64,000 nucleotides of DNA. Source: a virus. The DNA is taken from positions 35,209 to 99,208 of the IMG/VR virus record IMGVR_UViG_3300023174_000002, one strand, 5' to 3'. The notes beneath the pieces were generated by a model. That model ran no database searches, was not told the origin of the DNA, and was given only the letters and a program-made list of their open reading frames with translations. Positions 1 through 12,000 of this stretch are shown here, in pieces. The position numbers and the translations under genes are program-made. Each line of letters opens with the position of its first letter. Position 1 is the stretch's first letter.

Positions 1-333
1 ACCACTTAAACTAAAACTAGTACCAGTATTAGTTTGGTTAAGTGTACCATTATTTTGTAGTAGAGTACCACTAAAATTAATAGTGCCAGCAGTATTAGTA
101 AAGTTTAAAGTGCAACCAGTATTAATAGTAAGTCTACTAGTAATGGTTATGGCAGCAGCACCAGTAAGAGTAACGTTACCACCAATAGTTAATGTAGCAC
201 AAGTTTGACCGCCTAAGGTAACTGTTCCAGCATTAATAATTACATCATCAGCAGCGGCTGGAACACCACTAGGGCTCCAACTGGCCGCGGTAGCCCAAGT
301 ACCGGTCGTACCATTCCAAGTTTTAGTTGCCAT
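1..333 (-). CDS. Partial (runs off the window) virion/tail-fibre protein with beta-helix-like repeats
   Basis: Not in the ORF track. ATG at 333 gives MATKTWNGTTGTWATAASWSPSGVPAAADDVIINAGTVTL..., a motif typical of autotransporter-like beta-helix N-termini; open to position 1. Confidence 0.6.
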   Translation of the reverse strand, partial: MATKTWNGTTGTWATAASWSPSGVPAAADDVIINAGTVTLGGQTCATLTIGGNVTLTGAAAITITSRLTINTGCTLNFTNTAGTINFSGTLLQNNGTLNQTNTGTSFSLSG

Positions 334-345
334 TGTTGATGCCTA

Positions 346-1947
346 TTAAAATCCAGCTACTTTTGCTACTAGTTGCCACTTTGCTGGTGTTGAATTGTAG
401 ATAAAACCATAAAAATCCCACTTACTATTACCACTACTAGTGCCTGGTAAACTTAAATCAGTAGAACCTTGAAAAATACTAGCCCAGTTTAAAGTTTGCG
501 CAAAGGTACATTGAAGCTTATAAATTAATTTTTGGCCGTTTACGGGTGTTCCAGTTGGTGCACTTATCAATAATGTACCAGCAGCACCAGTCATAACCAT
601 TTCAGTTACATCACAATTGTCAGCATTAATAGCATAGGTAGTTGCACTAGCAGCTACGTTTACTCTAGACTGTAATCGTTTATTTGTTAATGTTTGAGTA
701 CCACTATCACTATATACCTTATTAACTACATCAGTGTTATTTGTAGGCGTTCCAGTAACTGTGGCATTTGCCATAGATGCAGTACCAGTAAAAGTAGGGC
801 TACTAAACATTGTAGTTTTACTTTCATTAGTAACATTGCCTAAATCAACGTCTGTAGCAGTATAAGTAGGTTTAGTAGCAGCTTTTGCCCAAGCATACAC
901 ATCACTAGCAGGGGCGCTGCCTACAGTAACTGTACCTAAAGTAGTAATACTAGTGCTGCCTGTCCAAGTACTTAATGCAGTATTTTCAACGTTAGCTAGG
1001 CCAACCATTGCCTTAGTAATACCACTAACTGTACCAGTAAAATTAGGATTAGCTAATGGCGCATAAGGAGAGGTAGTATTTTTCCACTTACTAGTACCAC
1101 TATCATATTGTAAAATTTGATTATTAGCAGCACTAGTAATTACAACATCGCTTAAGTATCCAGTATTAATATTTGCAAAACTAACATCATAGTCAGTACT
1201 GCTGTTTTTTACTAATACTTGATTTACAGTTCCGCCAACTGGCACTCCAGCTCCAGAAGCACCTGTAGCACCTGTAGCACCTGTAGGACCTCTTGGACCT
1301 TGAGCGCCTTGCACAGAATTTTCTAATGCAATATAATCTACTCTAGTTTCATGAGCTGCATTACCTTGATTGCTATGATATAATCTAAGTTGTGTGACTC
1401 CGCCGCTAATATAAGGAGTAGAGGAGAGTACTTCTAGTGCAAATTGATAATAACCATTTAAACCAGTATAACTACCAATAGAATCCCATGCACTAGACGT
1501 GTAATTATATAAATCTACATAAATTGTATGACCTGAATTAAGGCTGTAGTTAATGTTTAATACAGCTCTATTAAATTTTACTATATTGCTAAATCCAACG
1601 GTTAGAATCCAAGCAGGACCAGTGCCTGTACCATCAGTAAAATTATAGTAATTACCTGCGGCATAGTCACCATAAGTCTGAATACTACTTACAGTACCGC
1701 TTATGTAAACACCATTAGTTAAGCTAACACTACTAGCCAAATAAGTAGTAGTGGTAGGAAAAGGAATAGTTGACCAGCTAGCTGCACTACCGTTTGTGGT
1801 TAAAAATAATCCTGAATTACTAGTTTGGCTAGGCAGTACATTAGCAATAGCACTATTAAGATTAATAAAATTATTATCTACTTCTGAGTTGGTTAAGGGA
1901 CGACCAACGTTACTCGCCCCAACTTCTCTTGTGACAATAGTTGCCAT
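346..1947 (-). CDS. Tail fibre protein with short collagen-like segment
   Basis: N-terminal PLTNSEVDNNFINLN fibre-anchor motif, GAQGPRGPTGATGATGASG Gly-X-Y run, fibre repeats GLANVENT/LGNVTNES. Confidence 0.75.
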   Translation of the reverse strand: MATIVTREVGASNVGRPLTNSEVDNNFINLNSAIANVLPSQTSNSGLFLTTNGSAASWSTIPFPTTTTYLASSVSLTNGVYISGTVSSIQTYGDYAAGNYYNFTDGTGTGPAWILTVGFSNIVKFNRAVLNINYSLNSGHTIYVDLYNYTSSAWDSIGSYTGLNGYYQFALEVLSSTPYISGGVTQLRLYHSNQGNAAHETRVDYIALENSVQGAQGPRGPTGATGATGASGAGVPVGGTVNQVLVKNSSTDYDVSFANINTGYLSDVVITSAANNQILQYDSGTSKWKNTTSPYAPLANPNFTGTVSGITKAMVGLANVENTALSTWTGSTSITTLGTVTVGSAPASDVYAWAKAATKPTYTATDVDLGNVTNESKTTMFSSPTFTGTASMANATVTGTPTNNTDVVNKVYSDSGTQTLTNKRLQSRVNVAASATTYAINADNCDVTEMVMTGAAGTLLISAPTGTPVNGQKLIYKLQCTFAQTLNWASIFQGSTDLSLPGTSSGNSKWDFYGFIYNSTPAKWQLVAKVAGF

Positions 1948-1965
1948 GATCGTCCCTTATTTAAA

Positions 1966-2427
1966 TTAAGCTACTGTAACTTTCCAAGTAATAACTAAGG
2001 TATCCAGTGCACCCTTGTTAATAACAGCAAACACTGTGCGGCAAAGCATTGTGCCACTAGTACCTGCGTTAAAAATACCAGCTTCAGTAACTGCACCTGT
2101 ACCTGTACCTGCAGCAAATGTAGCAACATACTGAATGCTATCATTTGTAACAGTTGTAGTTACTAGTGTTGGCGAACCAGCATCTAGTGCAACACGTGCA
2201 AGTTGACTACCTAATGCAGTATCTGCAACTGCAGCTGCAGTACTACCACTACCAATTCCCATATGAGACATAGCAGTAGCTGAGGCGTCTTTCATACGAC
2301 TAGCAATATATGCTAGTCCTGTACCAACAACAGTATTAACGTGTTGATATTCTTCTTTAACGTTGCCAGCAGCATCCAAGAGTTTTACTTGCAAGACGCC
2401 ATTGGCTTTTAGTGAATCATTTAACAT
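1966..2427 (-). CDS. Tail fibre collar/structural protein
   Basis: GIGSGSTAAAVADTALGS and GTGAVTEAGIFNA motifs of phage tail-collar-like proteins; ATG 2427 preceded by AAGGAA. Confidence 0.65.
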   Translation of the reverse strand: MLNDSLKANGVLQVKLLDAAGNVKEEYQHVNTVVGTGLAYIASRMKDASATAMSHMGIGSGSTAAAVADTALGSQLARVALDAGSPTLVTTTVTNDSIQYVATFAAGTGTGAVTEAGIFNAGTSGTMLCRTVFAVINKGALDTLVITWKVTVA

Positions 2428-2449
2428 GACAATTTTCCTTTGAAAAAAA

Positions 2450-5400
2450 TTAACTACCAATAGTTCTATTTGTGCCTACATATCCTGGCGCAACATAAGT
2501 ACTGGCAAAGTAATTCTGGTTATTAATAGTTCCAGAATCGGATTTAAGAATTTGGTCTGAGAATAGTGTAACTGCAAACTTATCGTATGTAAAAGTTTCC
2601 ATAAAATGTAGTGTTTCTACTACATTTTTTCCAACATTAAACTTATTTTCTTCAGATAGTGTAAATGCTTGTAGTTGCTGTATAAAAGCTGTATATTTAA
2701 AAGTATCAGTAGTAGTATTAGTATCGCTAAGAGTTTTATTAAAAGTAGCATATTGATCATCATCAATATTAGCAGCACCATAATAATCATCAGTTGCCGT
2801 AACTGTATCGTATAATCCAAATGAAGAAGTTAGTCTAGTAGTAAAATCCTCAAATACAAAATTTTGATCAGTTAAACCTTTATTGGGTTTTAAGTATTGA
2901 GTATCGTTATTTTGTAAATAAACATAATTATTTGTATTATCTAAATCTTTATTAACCTGTATGTACCTTCTTTCAAGACCGCTATTTATACTTAATATTT
3001 CTGGTATAATTCGCCGATAGTACATTTCTTTAATAAGATACTCTGCTAATACTAAAGTATCGGCCTGTACTTTTCTAGTTTCTAAACTATACTCATAATC
3101 GTCGCTGCCAATAATCTCTACTAAAAAGTCTATATAAACAACATTTGTAAATACTATATCTTCACTAGTAGTAATGCTATCATCATCGTTTACGTGTCTA
3201 ATAAATGATTTAGGTTGACTATAATTGTATATAGTATCTGTAGGAATGTACTTGTTAATATCAATAATTCTTTCTTCAAACTTACTAATTGTTTCAGTAT
3301 TTGGATAAATACTAATAAACATACTGTTTGTATCGCTATTTGCAAATAGTGCTTCTTGTGGACTGTATATTGTAAAAGTTATTGGCAATACATCAACGGC
3401 TTCGCCAATAGTTACATTATCCGCTACGCTTTTAATAAAATCAGCATACTGATCATCATCAATATTAGCTTGAGCATAGTAATCATCAGTAGCATCTATA
3501 AAATCTTGAAAATTACGAACAAAATCAGTAACAGTAAAACTTTCGTCAGTTTGTGTAACTAGGTCATTATCTGGATATTTATTAACTCGTTTTGCGTTGG
3601 TATCATCAATACTAAGCGGCTCACTTCTGTAATACTTTGAAAAGTATAATACAGTTTGATCTGTAAATGTTTTTAATTCATCAACTTGACGATAAAAATT
3701 AGCAACACCAGAATAATAATCTTGTGCTGTTACTGCATCTGATTTTATAATACTAGTAGCAATACTATCTATATATTCTGTAATATTTGCTCTATCAACA
3801 AAAACTCTATTAAATCCTGAAATTGAAAAGTACGGATCAGTTGCAGCTAAAGCATCATTAACTACAGTATTTACATTAGCATATTGAATTTCTGATAAAG
3901 TTGCTGAATCCAGCAACACTTTAAAAACGTCGGCATAATTAAATCTACTAGTTTGAAGTAAATCAGACAATGGTTTAGTTGTATTTAAACTAATAGGATT
4001 TAATGTTGTTGCAGCACTGGTTTCTGTAATGTACAGATTTTTAAGTATAAATAAATCTAAGTCATTTATATCTACTGGATCAACAAGCCGTTTTTTAACT
4101 GTAGCAATTTGATCATCATCAATATTAGCTGCACCGTAATAGTCATCAGTAGTAGTAATTAAGTCTTGAATATTTCGTACATAGCTAACTACTTTTCTAA
4201 AAGTTTCGCTATGTTGTAGTTGAGAATCGCCTGTTTGTCTAATAAATCTTCGATCAAAAGCATCTTGAATACTTAATTGATTTATTTTAACTAGTTGCGA
4301 CCTACTAGTAAACAATTCACTAGTTGTTTTATTTTCGTCTATATTTCGTATATAATTAACTATGCGACTAAAGTTACTTGTTTGAGTTACAGCATCAATT
4401 TCAGGAATACTTATTAAAATACTATTACTGCTGCTATTAACTATTTGATCAGTAAAACTTCTGTTAAATAGTGATTGAGAAATTAGCGGATCTGATATAC
4501 TCAATAGTTCTTCAAATATTTTACTAATATCAATAACTATAGGGTTATTGATACTTAAACTATCTGCGCTAACTTTAAAATACTCTGCAGATTCTAGATC
4601 CGATACTTTTTTAAGTTCATAGTAATTATTTACTAGTTCTAGCAGTGGTGTATTAGTACTGTATATAGCACTTTGTTTTACTGTAGTAAAATATTTTTGA
4701 AATCTTTGTTGTATAAGTAAATCATCATTGATTCTTTTATCAAAGTTTGCGTACTGATCATCATCAATATTAGCTGTACCATAGTAATCATCTGTAGTAG
4801 TAATAAAATCACTAATTGCACGTTTATAGTCTACTTGTCGATTAAAATCATCTGTATTACTTACACTATCCTCAAAACCTGTAGATTTTAAAATACTGGT
4901 TTGTGACTGTGTATATATAGGACTTACAAGATATTTTGCAACATCTAAGATATAATTACTATCATTTTGTAAACTAATACTTTGTAATAACCTTCTAAAG
5001 GTCATTTCTGGTATTAATATATCAGTTGTAGAAACTGCATTTAATACTAAAGATTGTAAAGTAATTTCTGGCGCGTCTGCAGGTCTAGCAAAGCTATATA
5101 ATACTCTGCCAAGTGATGTAATAAGATCTTCTAGAGTAACTACGGGACTAAGTTTTTCTAAATTATTAGTAAAGTTAACAAGTTCACTAATAGTTTTAAG
5201 TTCTTGTACATTTTTACCAATATTAAGCTCAACTAATTCATTATTAGCAGAATTTATATTGCTGTTTAATATTTTATTAGTTAAAATACTGGTACTATCA
5301 ACGCCACTGTAAAAATCTTCTGGATTAATATATACTGCAAAATATGGTAGTACATCAACAAGTTCGTTAATATTTAACAGATCTACAACGCCTTTGTTAA

Positions 5401-6373
5401 AATCAGCATATTGATCATCATCAATATTGGAAGCACCGTAGTAATCATCTGTAGAGATTACTAGATCAGAAAATTCTCTGAAAATACTCCAGACTCGTTT
5501 ACTGGTTTCCTGTACGGTTAAAATTTCAGTAAACAGTTTATAGGGAGTTATTGGTGTTTCTGTAGCAACTTGCAAATAGTCTTGTAAAAATCTTAGCAAA
5601 CTATAAGCATAATCAGCATCATTACTATAAGCAAAATCTGCTGATATTTCAGCACTAAATAACTTTGCTAAAATATCTGTTGTAGTAGTATTATCTGCTT
5701 GAATACTACTAACGCTGTTGCTTATTTCTAAATCTACTATACTAGTAGTTTCTACGCCACTAATATCTTTGATGTATTGTAAGGCTATATCAAGTAATTC
5801 AGTAATAGTAAGCGTATCATTATAATTTGCGCTAAGATTATACTCAATTCCTAAATCTGCAAAATTAATTACTTCTGCTAACTCTCTACCATACCCTATT
5901 TGTGTAGTTAGTGTATCTGTAGTAGTATAGAAATCTCTAAGACCTTTATTAGCAGTAAATATAATATATTCGCTGTTAAAAAATACTGGATCTGCAATAT
6001 CTCGCACATAGGCAACTAAACTACTAAAAGTATCTGTAATTTTATTAAAATCTTGAAATACTTTTTGTGGTTGTTTAGATATGGGATCTTTTACTTTTAA
6101 CTTGTCTAGTCCTCTAGCAAACTTACCTGGAGTTGCAGTAGTAGGTGTATCATCTTGTGTAGTAGTTAATCCTGGAACATTAACAGAAGTAGTAAGATCT
6201 GGAACAACAGGAGAACTTATAATACTAGGATTAGTAGTAGTTTGTGTTACTAAACTTGATTGACTGTTAGGCACAACGCCGGGCGCTACTACACCACTAG
6301 TTGCATCAGGAATTACTGTTTGAGTAGCAATAGGATTTGGTACAGTATTTGTAGTAGTAATTCCTCGTGGCAT
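2450..6373 (-). CDS. Large acidic repetitive virion-associated protein (5 x DDYYGxANIDDDQ motif)
   Basis: 1307 aa within the tail cluster; Thr/Pro-rich N-terminus; internal repeats. Confidence 0.55.
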   Translation of the reverse strand: MPRGITTTNTVPNPIATQTVIPDATSGVVAPGVVPNSQSSLVTQTTTNPSIISSPVVPDLTTSVNVPGLTTTQDDTPTTATPGKFARGLDKLKVKDPISKQPQKVFQDFNKITDTFSSLVAYVRDIADPVFFNSEYIIFTANKGLRDFYTTTDTLTTQIGYGRELAEVINFADLGIEYNLSANYNDTLTITELLDIALQYIKDISGVETTSIVDLEISNSVSSIQADNTTTTDILAKLFSAEISADFAYSNDADYAYSLLRFLQDYLQVATETPITPYKLFTEILTVQETSKRVWSIFREFSDLVISTDDYYGASNIDDDQYADFNKGVVDLLNINELVDVLPYFAVYINPEDFYSGVDSTSILTNKILNSNINSANNELVELNIGKNVQELKTISELVNFTNNLEKLSPVVTLEDLITSLGRVLYSFARPADAPEITLQSLVLNAVSTTDILIPEMTFRRLLQSISLQNDSNYILDVAKYLVSPIYTQSQTSILKSTGFEDSVSNTDDFNRQVDYKRAISDFITTTDDYYGTANIDDDQYANFDKRINDDLLIQQRFQKYFTTVKQSAIYSTNTPLLELVNNYYELKKVSDLESAEYFKVSADSLSINNPIVIDISKIFEELLSISDPLISQSLFNRSFTDQIVNSSSNSILISIPEIDAVTQTSNFSRIVNYIRNIDENKTTSELFTSRSQLVKINQLSIQDAFDRRFIRQTGDSQLQHSETFRKVVSYVRNIQDLITTTDDYYGAANIDDDQIATVKKRLVDPVDINDLDLFILKNLYITETSAATTLNPISLNTTKPLSDLLQTSRFNYADVFKVLLDSATLSEIQYANVNTVVNDALAATDPYFSISGFNRVFVDRANITEYIDSIATSIIKSDAVTAQDYYSGVANFYRQVDELKTFTDQTVLYFSKYYRSEPLSIDDTNAKRVNKYPDNDLVTQTDESFTVTDFVRNFQDFIDATDDYYAQANIDDDQYADFIKSVADNVTIGEAVDVLPITFTIYSPQEALFANSDTNSMFISIYPNTETISKFEERIIDINKYIPTDTIYNYSQPKSFIRHVNDDDSITTSEDIVFTNVVYIDFLVEIIGSDDYEYSLETRKVQADTLVLAEYLIKEMYYRRIIPEILSINSGLERRYIQVNKDLDNTNNYVYLQNNDTQYLKPNKGLTDQNFVFEDFTTRLTSSFGLYDTVTATDDYYGAANIDDDQYATFNKTLSDTNTTTDTFKYTAFIQQLQAFTLSEENKFNVGKNVVETLHFMETFTYDKFAVTLFSDQILKSDSGTINNQNYFASTYVAPGYVGTNRTIGS

Positions 6374-6385
6374 TTTTAAATCCTT

Positions 6386-7006
6386 TTATACAGTTTGATT
6401 TGGCACATCGGCAGTATCATTTGTTGGACTAAATAATAGCTCTACCATACCACGAACAGGTTTAAATGTACGAGTAAAAACTGGATCTGTAGGCTCAGTT
6501 ACACGTAACTCAAAAAAGCCATAACTAGCACTGTCTGGTAGTGGTTTTACATTCCAAGTACTACCTAAACTACTAGGAAATTGTACATATATTTTATTAA
6601 GTTGAGTTATTTCCCAATTTGAATCTAAGTTGGGAGTTATTGAACTACTATAATTAATACCAGATAATAGTTTATAATACCTGTCTTTGTATAGAATTAC
6701 TTCTTCTTTATTATAAGACTGACCACTACTCCAAGTACCTAAAAATACTGGTAACCTAACAAATAATCTAGTAGTAGATGCACTAGGGTCAACAACAGTG
6801 GGTTTTTCAGTTTGTCCACTTATATTTTTTGCTTCAATTACAACTGCCTCATAGTTATAATTACCACTAGGCTTAACGCTTGCGTCTATAATAAAGTTTA
6901 GGGTAATAGGAAATTCTAGCTGTTCGCCATAGACCATAGACCAAAGTACTGCTCCAGCATCTGTAATTAAATCTAGACTTGTATCAGTTAATCTTGATCG
7001 TGCCAT
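6386..7006 (-). CDS. Tail/baseplate-associated protein with CBM5/12-like insert
   Basis: WSSGQSYNKEEVILYKDRYY...P...W pattern resembles carbohydrate-binding module 5/12; tail-gene context. Confidence 0.45.
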   Translation of the reverse strand: MARSRLTDTSLDLITDAGAVLWSMVYGEQLEFPITLNFIIDASVKPSGNYNYEAVVIEAKNISGQTEKPTVVDPSASTTRLFVRLPVFLGTWSSGQSYNKEEVILYKDRYYKLLSGINYSSSITPNLDSNWEITQLNKIYVQFPSSLGSTWNVKPLPDSASYGFFELRVTEPTDPVFTRTFKPVRGMVELLFSPTNDTADVPNQTV

Positions 7007-7350
7007 GATGTTTCCCTATGTTTAATAATGGAGAGATCTTTTAACTTACTAATTTCACTAGTAAGTGCAGCAATTTCTTGATGCAATCGTTGATTTTCAG
7101 TAGTTAAGTTTCTAATTTGTTGGTTTAGTTCAATAACTTCTTCTTGTAGTTTACCTAATTCTGTACTTAATTTTGTATTTTGCTGACTCATACGTTCCAG
7201 TTCTTGGTGCATCATATTAAGTATAGAATTTTCTGTTTTATCTACTTTGAATCCGTTGAAGAATTTTTGTAATAGAAAACTAATAGTTAATAAACTGGCA
7301 AAACCAACACCTATAACCTGTAGTAATGAGTAACTTTCTTCTGGATTCAT
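6988..7350 (-). CDS. Membrane-anchored coiled-coil protein (holin/spanin-like candidate)
   Basis: One N-terminal hydrophobic helix followed by a long heptad coiled coil. Confidence 0.4.
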   Translation of the reverse strand: MNPEESYSLLQVIGVGFASLLTISFLLQKFFNGFKVDKTENSILNMMHQELERMSQQNTKLSTELGKLQEEVIELNQQIRNLTTENQRLHQEIAALTSEISKLKDLSIIKHRETSWHDQD

Positions 7351-7411
7351 TGGTAAAAGCTCCTTGAGTTACAAACACCAAAAAATTATGATAACATAGT
7401 AATTTTGTTAT

Positions 7412-7440
7412 ATTATAACACGGTAGGTTTAAAGTGTCAA
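7412..7440 (-). promoter_or_regulatory. Consensus sigma70 promoter for distal fibre genes
   Basis: Minus strand TTGACA-17bp-TATAAT. Confidence 0.8.
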
Positions 7441-7443
7441 TAT

Positions 7444-7489
7444 AAAAAAATACCCACCCCTGTTGTTAGGGTGGGTATTTTTTTTTTAT
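7444..7489. terminator. Intrinsic terminator (bidirectional)
   Basis: A-tract, ATACCCACCC/GGGTGGGTAT stem, T-tract, directly after the 7490-9064 gene. Confidence 0.8.
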
Positions 7490-9064
7490 TTAACGAACTG
7501 AAATTAATTTAGATTGTAAAGTCATAGTGTTTGTATACTGAGTTAAAGTACTTGTATCAGTTAGTCCATCATAAACGGTTGTAGCATTTTGACTTACATC
7601 ACCCCCAATGTATTCATTAACAACTCCACTTGGTAAAGTTACCTCTGGATGAAAGCTGCCTACATCAATATTTAAATAACTAATACCAGTATCTATTGTA
7701 TATCCAATAGCAGATATTGCAGTACCGTCTATAGGTAATTTAGCAAATAAATAGTTTCCATAGCCATTGACAGTTGTAGTTTCAAAATAAGTTGTACCTA
7801 CAAGATATAAAAAATTTCCTAAACAAGTTAGTCCAGTAGGAACAGTTTGTATTGAACCAGTGTTAATATAAATAGCACGAATCCATAACACAGCACCATT
7901 TGCTGCTGCAAATTTGTAGAGTAGTATACAGTCTGCAGTTGTATTAGATCTGCCATTTGTGGCAACGTAAATATTACCACTACTATCTGCAGCAATACCC
8001 ATTAAATTATTAGGACCAGAAGTTATGGGAGTGCCTGGTCCAGTATCAGTAGTTAGAGGAAACTGTGTAGTACTAGCTCTATTTCTATCTACAACTCTTG
8101 TCCAGATTAATCCGCCACCAGAATTATACATACCAACTACCATAATATATTTAGTTGGAGTTACTGAAGCTATACTGCCAGCTATTGCCATTGCTACATT
8201 ACCAGCACTAGTTGTAACAGTTCTGTATGGTACCATTTGTGCTGCTGAAGCATTATTTATTCTTAGTCTATATGCCCAACGAATACCGCCACTACTATTT
8301 AATGCAAGTAGTGTATTTCCTGTGTTATTAATTATACTATATACACTTATATAAATATTACCACTGGTATCTATGCTAATTCCTTTACCATAAAAGGCAT
8401 TAGTACTAGATATTGGAGAATACCAATATTTCCAAGCTAAAGTACCGTCGGTATAAAATTTAGCTACAAAACACTGATTAGCTATTAAACTTGAGCCAAC
8501 ATAACGTGAACCTTTACCTGTAATCACAACAGTATTGTCTGATGCAGAATACGCAATGCCTTCACCAAATTCAATACCACCGCTACCAAAAGTACTGTTC
8601 ATTCGTTTTGCAAATGCTAAAGTACCGGTTTTAGTGTACTTGCCAAAAAGCACATCTTGTGTGCCACCGCCTGCATACCCAGTAGGTTGATTAGCAGTTC
8701 CATAACTTGTACCAACCCAGTAGAGATCTCCAGCACTGTCAACACAACAATCTTGTGCATGGCAAAAACCTGCAAATGCTCCTACTATTTTTTGCCATTC
8801 AACACTGCCAGTACTTCTAATTTTCATTATAGCATGGCCGCCGTTACTAACAACTCCATTGTCTTTTCCAACTATATAAAAATCACCAGTAGTAGGATCT
8901 ACTGCTACCTGAGTACTAATATTTGTAGTATTAAAACCAGTATTACCAAAATTACCAATTCTGCCAAGCCAGGCAGTATTAATGCCTGGATTGCCAGTAG
9001 ATTCGTGACCTAAACCACCAAATCCAAGAACACTCATACTTGCTGTAGTTGCAATCATTGGCAT
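7490..9064 (-). CDS. Beta-propeller tail fibre/receptor-binding candidate
   Basis: Repeated (I/V)xxDSSGNIYV ... L.K...G...W blades (SBBP-like propeller). Confidence 0.6.
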   Translation of the reverse strand: MPMIATTASMSVLGFGGLGHESTGNPGINTAWLGRIGNFGNTGFNTTNISTQVAVDPTTGDFYIVGKDNGVVSNGGHAIMKIRSTGSVEWQKIVGAFAGFCHAQDCCVDSAGDLYWVGTSYGTANQPTGYAGGGTQDVLFGKYTKTGTLAFAKRMNSTFGSGGIEFGEGIAYSASDNTVVITGKGSRYVGSSLIANQCFVAKFYTDGTLAWKYWYSPISSTNAFYGKGISIDTSGNIYISVYSIINNTGNTLLALNSSGGIRWAYRLRINNASAAQMVPYRTVTTSAGNVAMAIAGSIASVTPTKYIMVVGMYNSGGGLIWTRVVDRNRASTTQFPLTTDTGPGTPITSGPNNLMGIAADSSGNIYVATNGRSNTTADCILLYKFAAANGAVLWIRAIYINTGSIQTVPTGLTCLGNFLYLVGTTYFETTTVNGYGNYLFAKLPIDGTAISAIGYTIDTGISYLNIDVGSFHPEVTLPSGVVNEYIGGDVSQNATTVYDGLTDTSTLTQYTNTMTLQSKLISVR

Positions 9065-12000
9065 TATGCATACCTCGCTACAGAAGCTATAATAGTATAA
9101 ACTCCGCCACTGTCTTTAAGTATTGTAAAAGTATAAACGTCTACGCTGCTTGCACCACCACTGCTGGGTACAATACCGCCTAGCCATTTTATAGAGCTAG
9201 CAGACTGTGCCACACTATCAATACTTAATGCAGCTTGATAGTATGCTGGAGTTCCATTTGATACTAAGTGAACAATAGATAAAGATCTATTATTCGTAGC
9301 TAATAAAGTAGAGACGCCTGTAATGTTTAGGGTCCAATTTGCTGTTGGATTTGCTGTAGTCCACATAATTGGTGCAATAATAGCATTTAGTGTACAATTA
9401 GTGCCATTAGGAGAAGTGGTATTAATAGCAATAATTTCTGTAGGTGCAACAAATAATGATTTATTAAAGGTTTGTAGAGCTGTCCAAGTATACGAAAAAC
9501 TAGGGTCTAAGGCGGTAGAACTTAATACTCCGCCAGTATAACTAAGTGGACCACCAAGTGCTACTGCAGTAAAACCACCAGCACCATTACCTGCAATAAT
9601 ATTACTGCCACTAGTAGGACCGGCAAAATCTGTACCAGCTACAGCTGTAGCAAAAGCAGTACCACTATATTTTACTATTCCTGTACCCCAGCTACTCTTA
9701 CCAGTACCGCCATTAGCTATATTTAATATACCAGTAACACCAGTACCGCCTAGTGGTAATCCTGTTGCATTAGTTAATGTAATAGATGTCGGTGTTCCAA
9801 GAGCAGGACTAACTAGTGTAGCATTACTTGATAAAACTACATTGCCTGTACCTGTAGAACCACTACTTGTGCCTGTACCGCCTTGAGTAGCTGGAAGCTG
9901 CCCAGTAGTCATAGTAGCTAAGTTTACTTTGCCCCATATTGGTGAAGTATTTGCCCCCTGCGTTAATAATACATTACCTGCAGCAGCTGCAGCTAATTTA
10001 CTTAATGCAATATTACTACTTGCATATAACATATCGCCAATTGTATATGCGCTTGTACCACCTTGACCAGTACCGCCTTGAGTAGCAGGTACTATATAAG
10101 TACTTACTAAACTACCGGCACTTCCTGTAGTACTTTGATTTAGTAATGGTACGTCTGCTGCCTGAATTCCTGACATAGTAATATTAGTACCATCTCCACG
10201 CGCATATGTGCCACTAGTAACTACATTATTAAATAACCCATTAATAGCGTTTTGTCTTGTAACCTGACCGGTACCCCCTAAACCAATACCTACAGTACTA
10301 GTTACACTACCAGCACTACCTGTGACGTTTGCACTCAGTGTAAGGCCAGTAAGCATAGCACTAGTAATTGCCGACATAACAGCATTACCTTGAGCATTAA
10401 TTTGTAATACAGTTCCAGCAGTAAGAATATTATTAGTTAACTCATTAATTGCTTTTTGTCTATCACTTTGGCCTGTGCCACCATTAGCAATTGCAACTAT
10501 ACCACTAATACTTCCTGCAGTATTTGCAGTATTTGCAGTAGTTGCATTACCAATAATATTAGCAGTAATAGTAAGACCGTTTAAATCACTAGCTGCAATA
10601 TTAGACATAACTATATTAGCGCCGTCACCTCGTAAATATCTACCTATTGAAGTATTACCAGCTAGGGCATTAATAGCGGCTTGTCTAGTAGTTTGTCCAG
10701 TTCCACCTTGAGTAATTTGTACTGTTTGCAGCACAGTATTAGCCTGTTCTGCAAAAGCTACATTAGCAGTGCCTGAAATAGTACTAACATTACCGGGGCG
10801 CCAAACATTAGCAGCAGCATTGTAGATTAAAATTTGGCCTGTGGTAGCACCAGCAGTATTAGCATCTGTTAAATTACTAAGTTTTGTAGGAACATTGGGT
10901 TTATTAAGTATAACTGCTAAACCTGTAGTAGCGTTCCAGTCACTATTAACTTGTGCTGTTGGAATATTGGGTTTATCTGCTAAATCTGCGTAACTACCAG
11001 TAATTGCCACATTGGCTAAAAGTGGTTTACCTAGTAAATCTGTATAACTACCACTAATTGCAACGTTTGAAAAATAACCTGCAGTATTATAATTAACACT
11101 AGTAATAAGTTTAGCCCAAGGACTCCAACTATTACTTACATCCCTGCGGCTACGTATATAGCCGTCTGCACTTACAGCAACGTTTGCTCCAGTACCTCCA
11201 GTACTAGGCCAAGCAAGGTAAATTTGTCCGTCACCTTCACCACCTAGGGTAAGCATATTTCCAAAAGCAGTTGGATAGTTATTATTGTTGTAGTTACTTC
11301 TTAAACTTAGAATATTTGACGGTTGCGCTGTTCCATTAGCTTCAGCATTAGATCTGCCTAAATTACCAGTACCAGTAACATAACCGCCTATTAAATTAGG
11401 CATAGGCACATCTACCCAGTCAACATCTGTTTCGCCAGCATTAACTCGTAAAAACTTTGTGCCTTTAGTAACATAATTAGGTAACAGATTAATTCTAGCA
11501 TTTGATGCTGTATTAGCACCAGTACCACCATTTGCTACATTTACAATGCCTGTTAGTGCAATGTTTACCTGACTGCTAGTACCACCACTTACTAAATTTT
11601 TTTGTGCAGTAAGTGGTGCAGACGTATTAATTGTAGTTATTACATTTTTAGCATCTATTGGAGCTTCCCAGTAAGAATCAGTTCCAGTATTATCTAAAGT
11701 TAATACCCATCCTGCCATTCCTGCACCAAGTGCAAGTGGCATAATATTTCGTCTAGCATTATCTCTAGTATTAGCATTTGTGCCACCATTAGCTATATTT
11801 AGTATACCAGTAGTTCCAGTATTTAAAGGTAGTCCGGTTGCATTAGTTAATATTGCAAAACTAGGTACTCCAATATTAGGTGTAGTATACCTAGGTATAT
11901 TGCTAGCAGTATTACTACTAGCATTATTAGAAGTATTAGGAACAGAAATAGATGGTGGCGCAGTTAAAACTGGATTAGCAATAATTAAATCATAAAGGAT

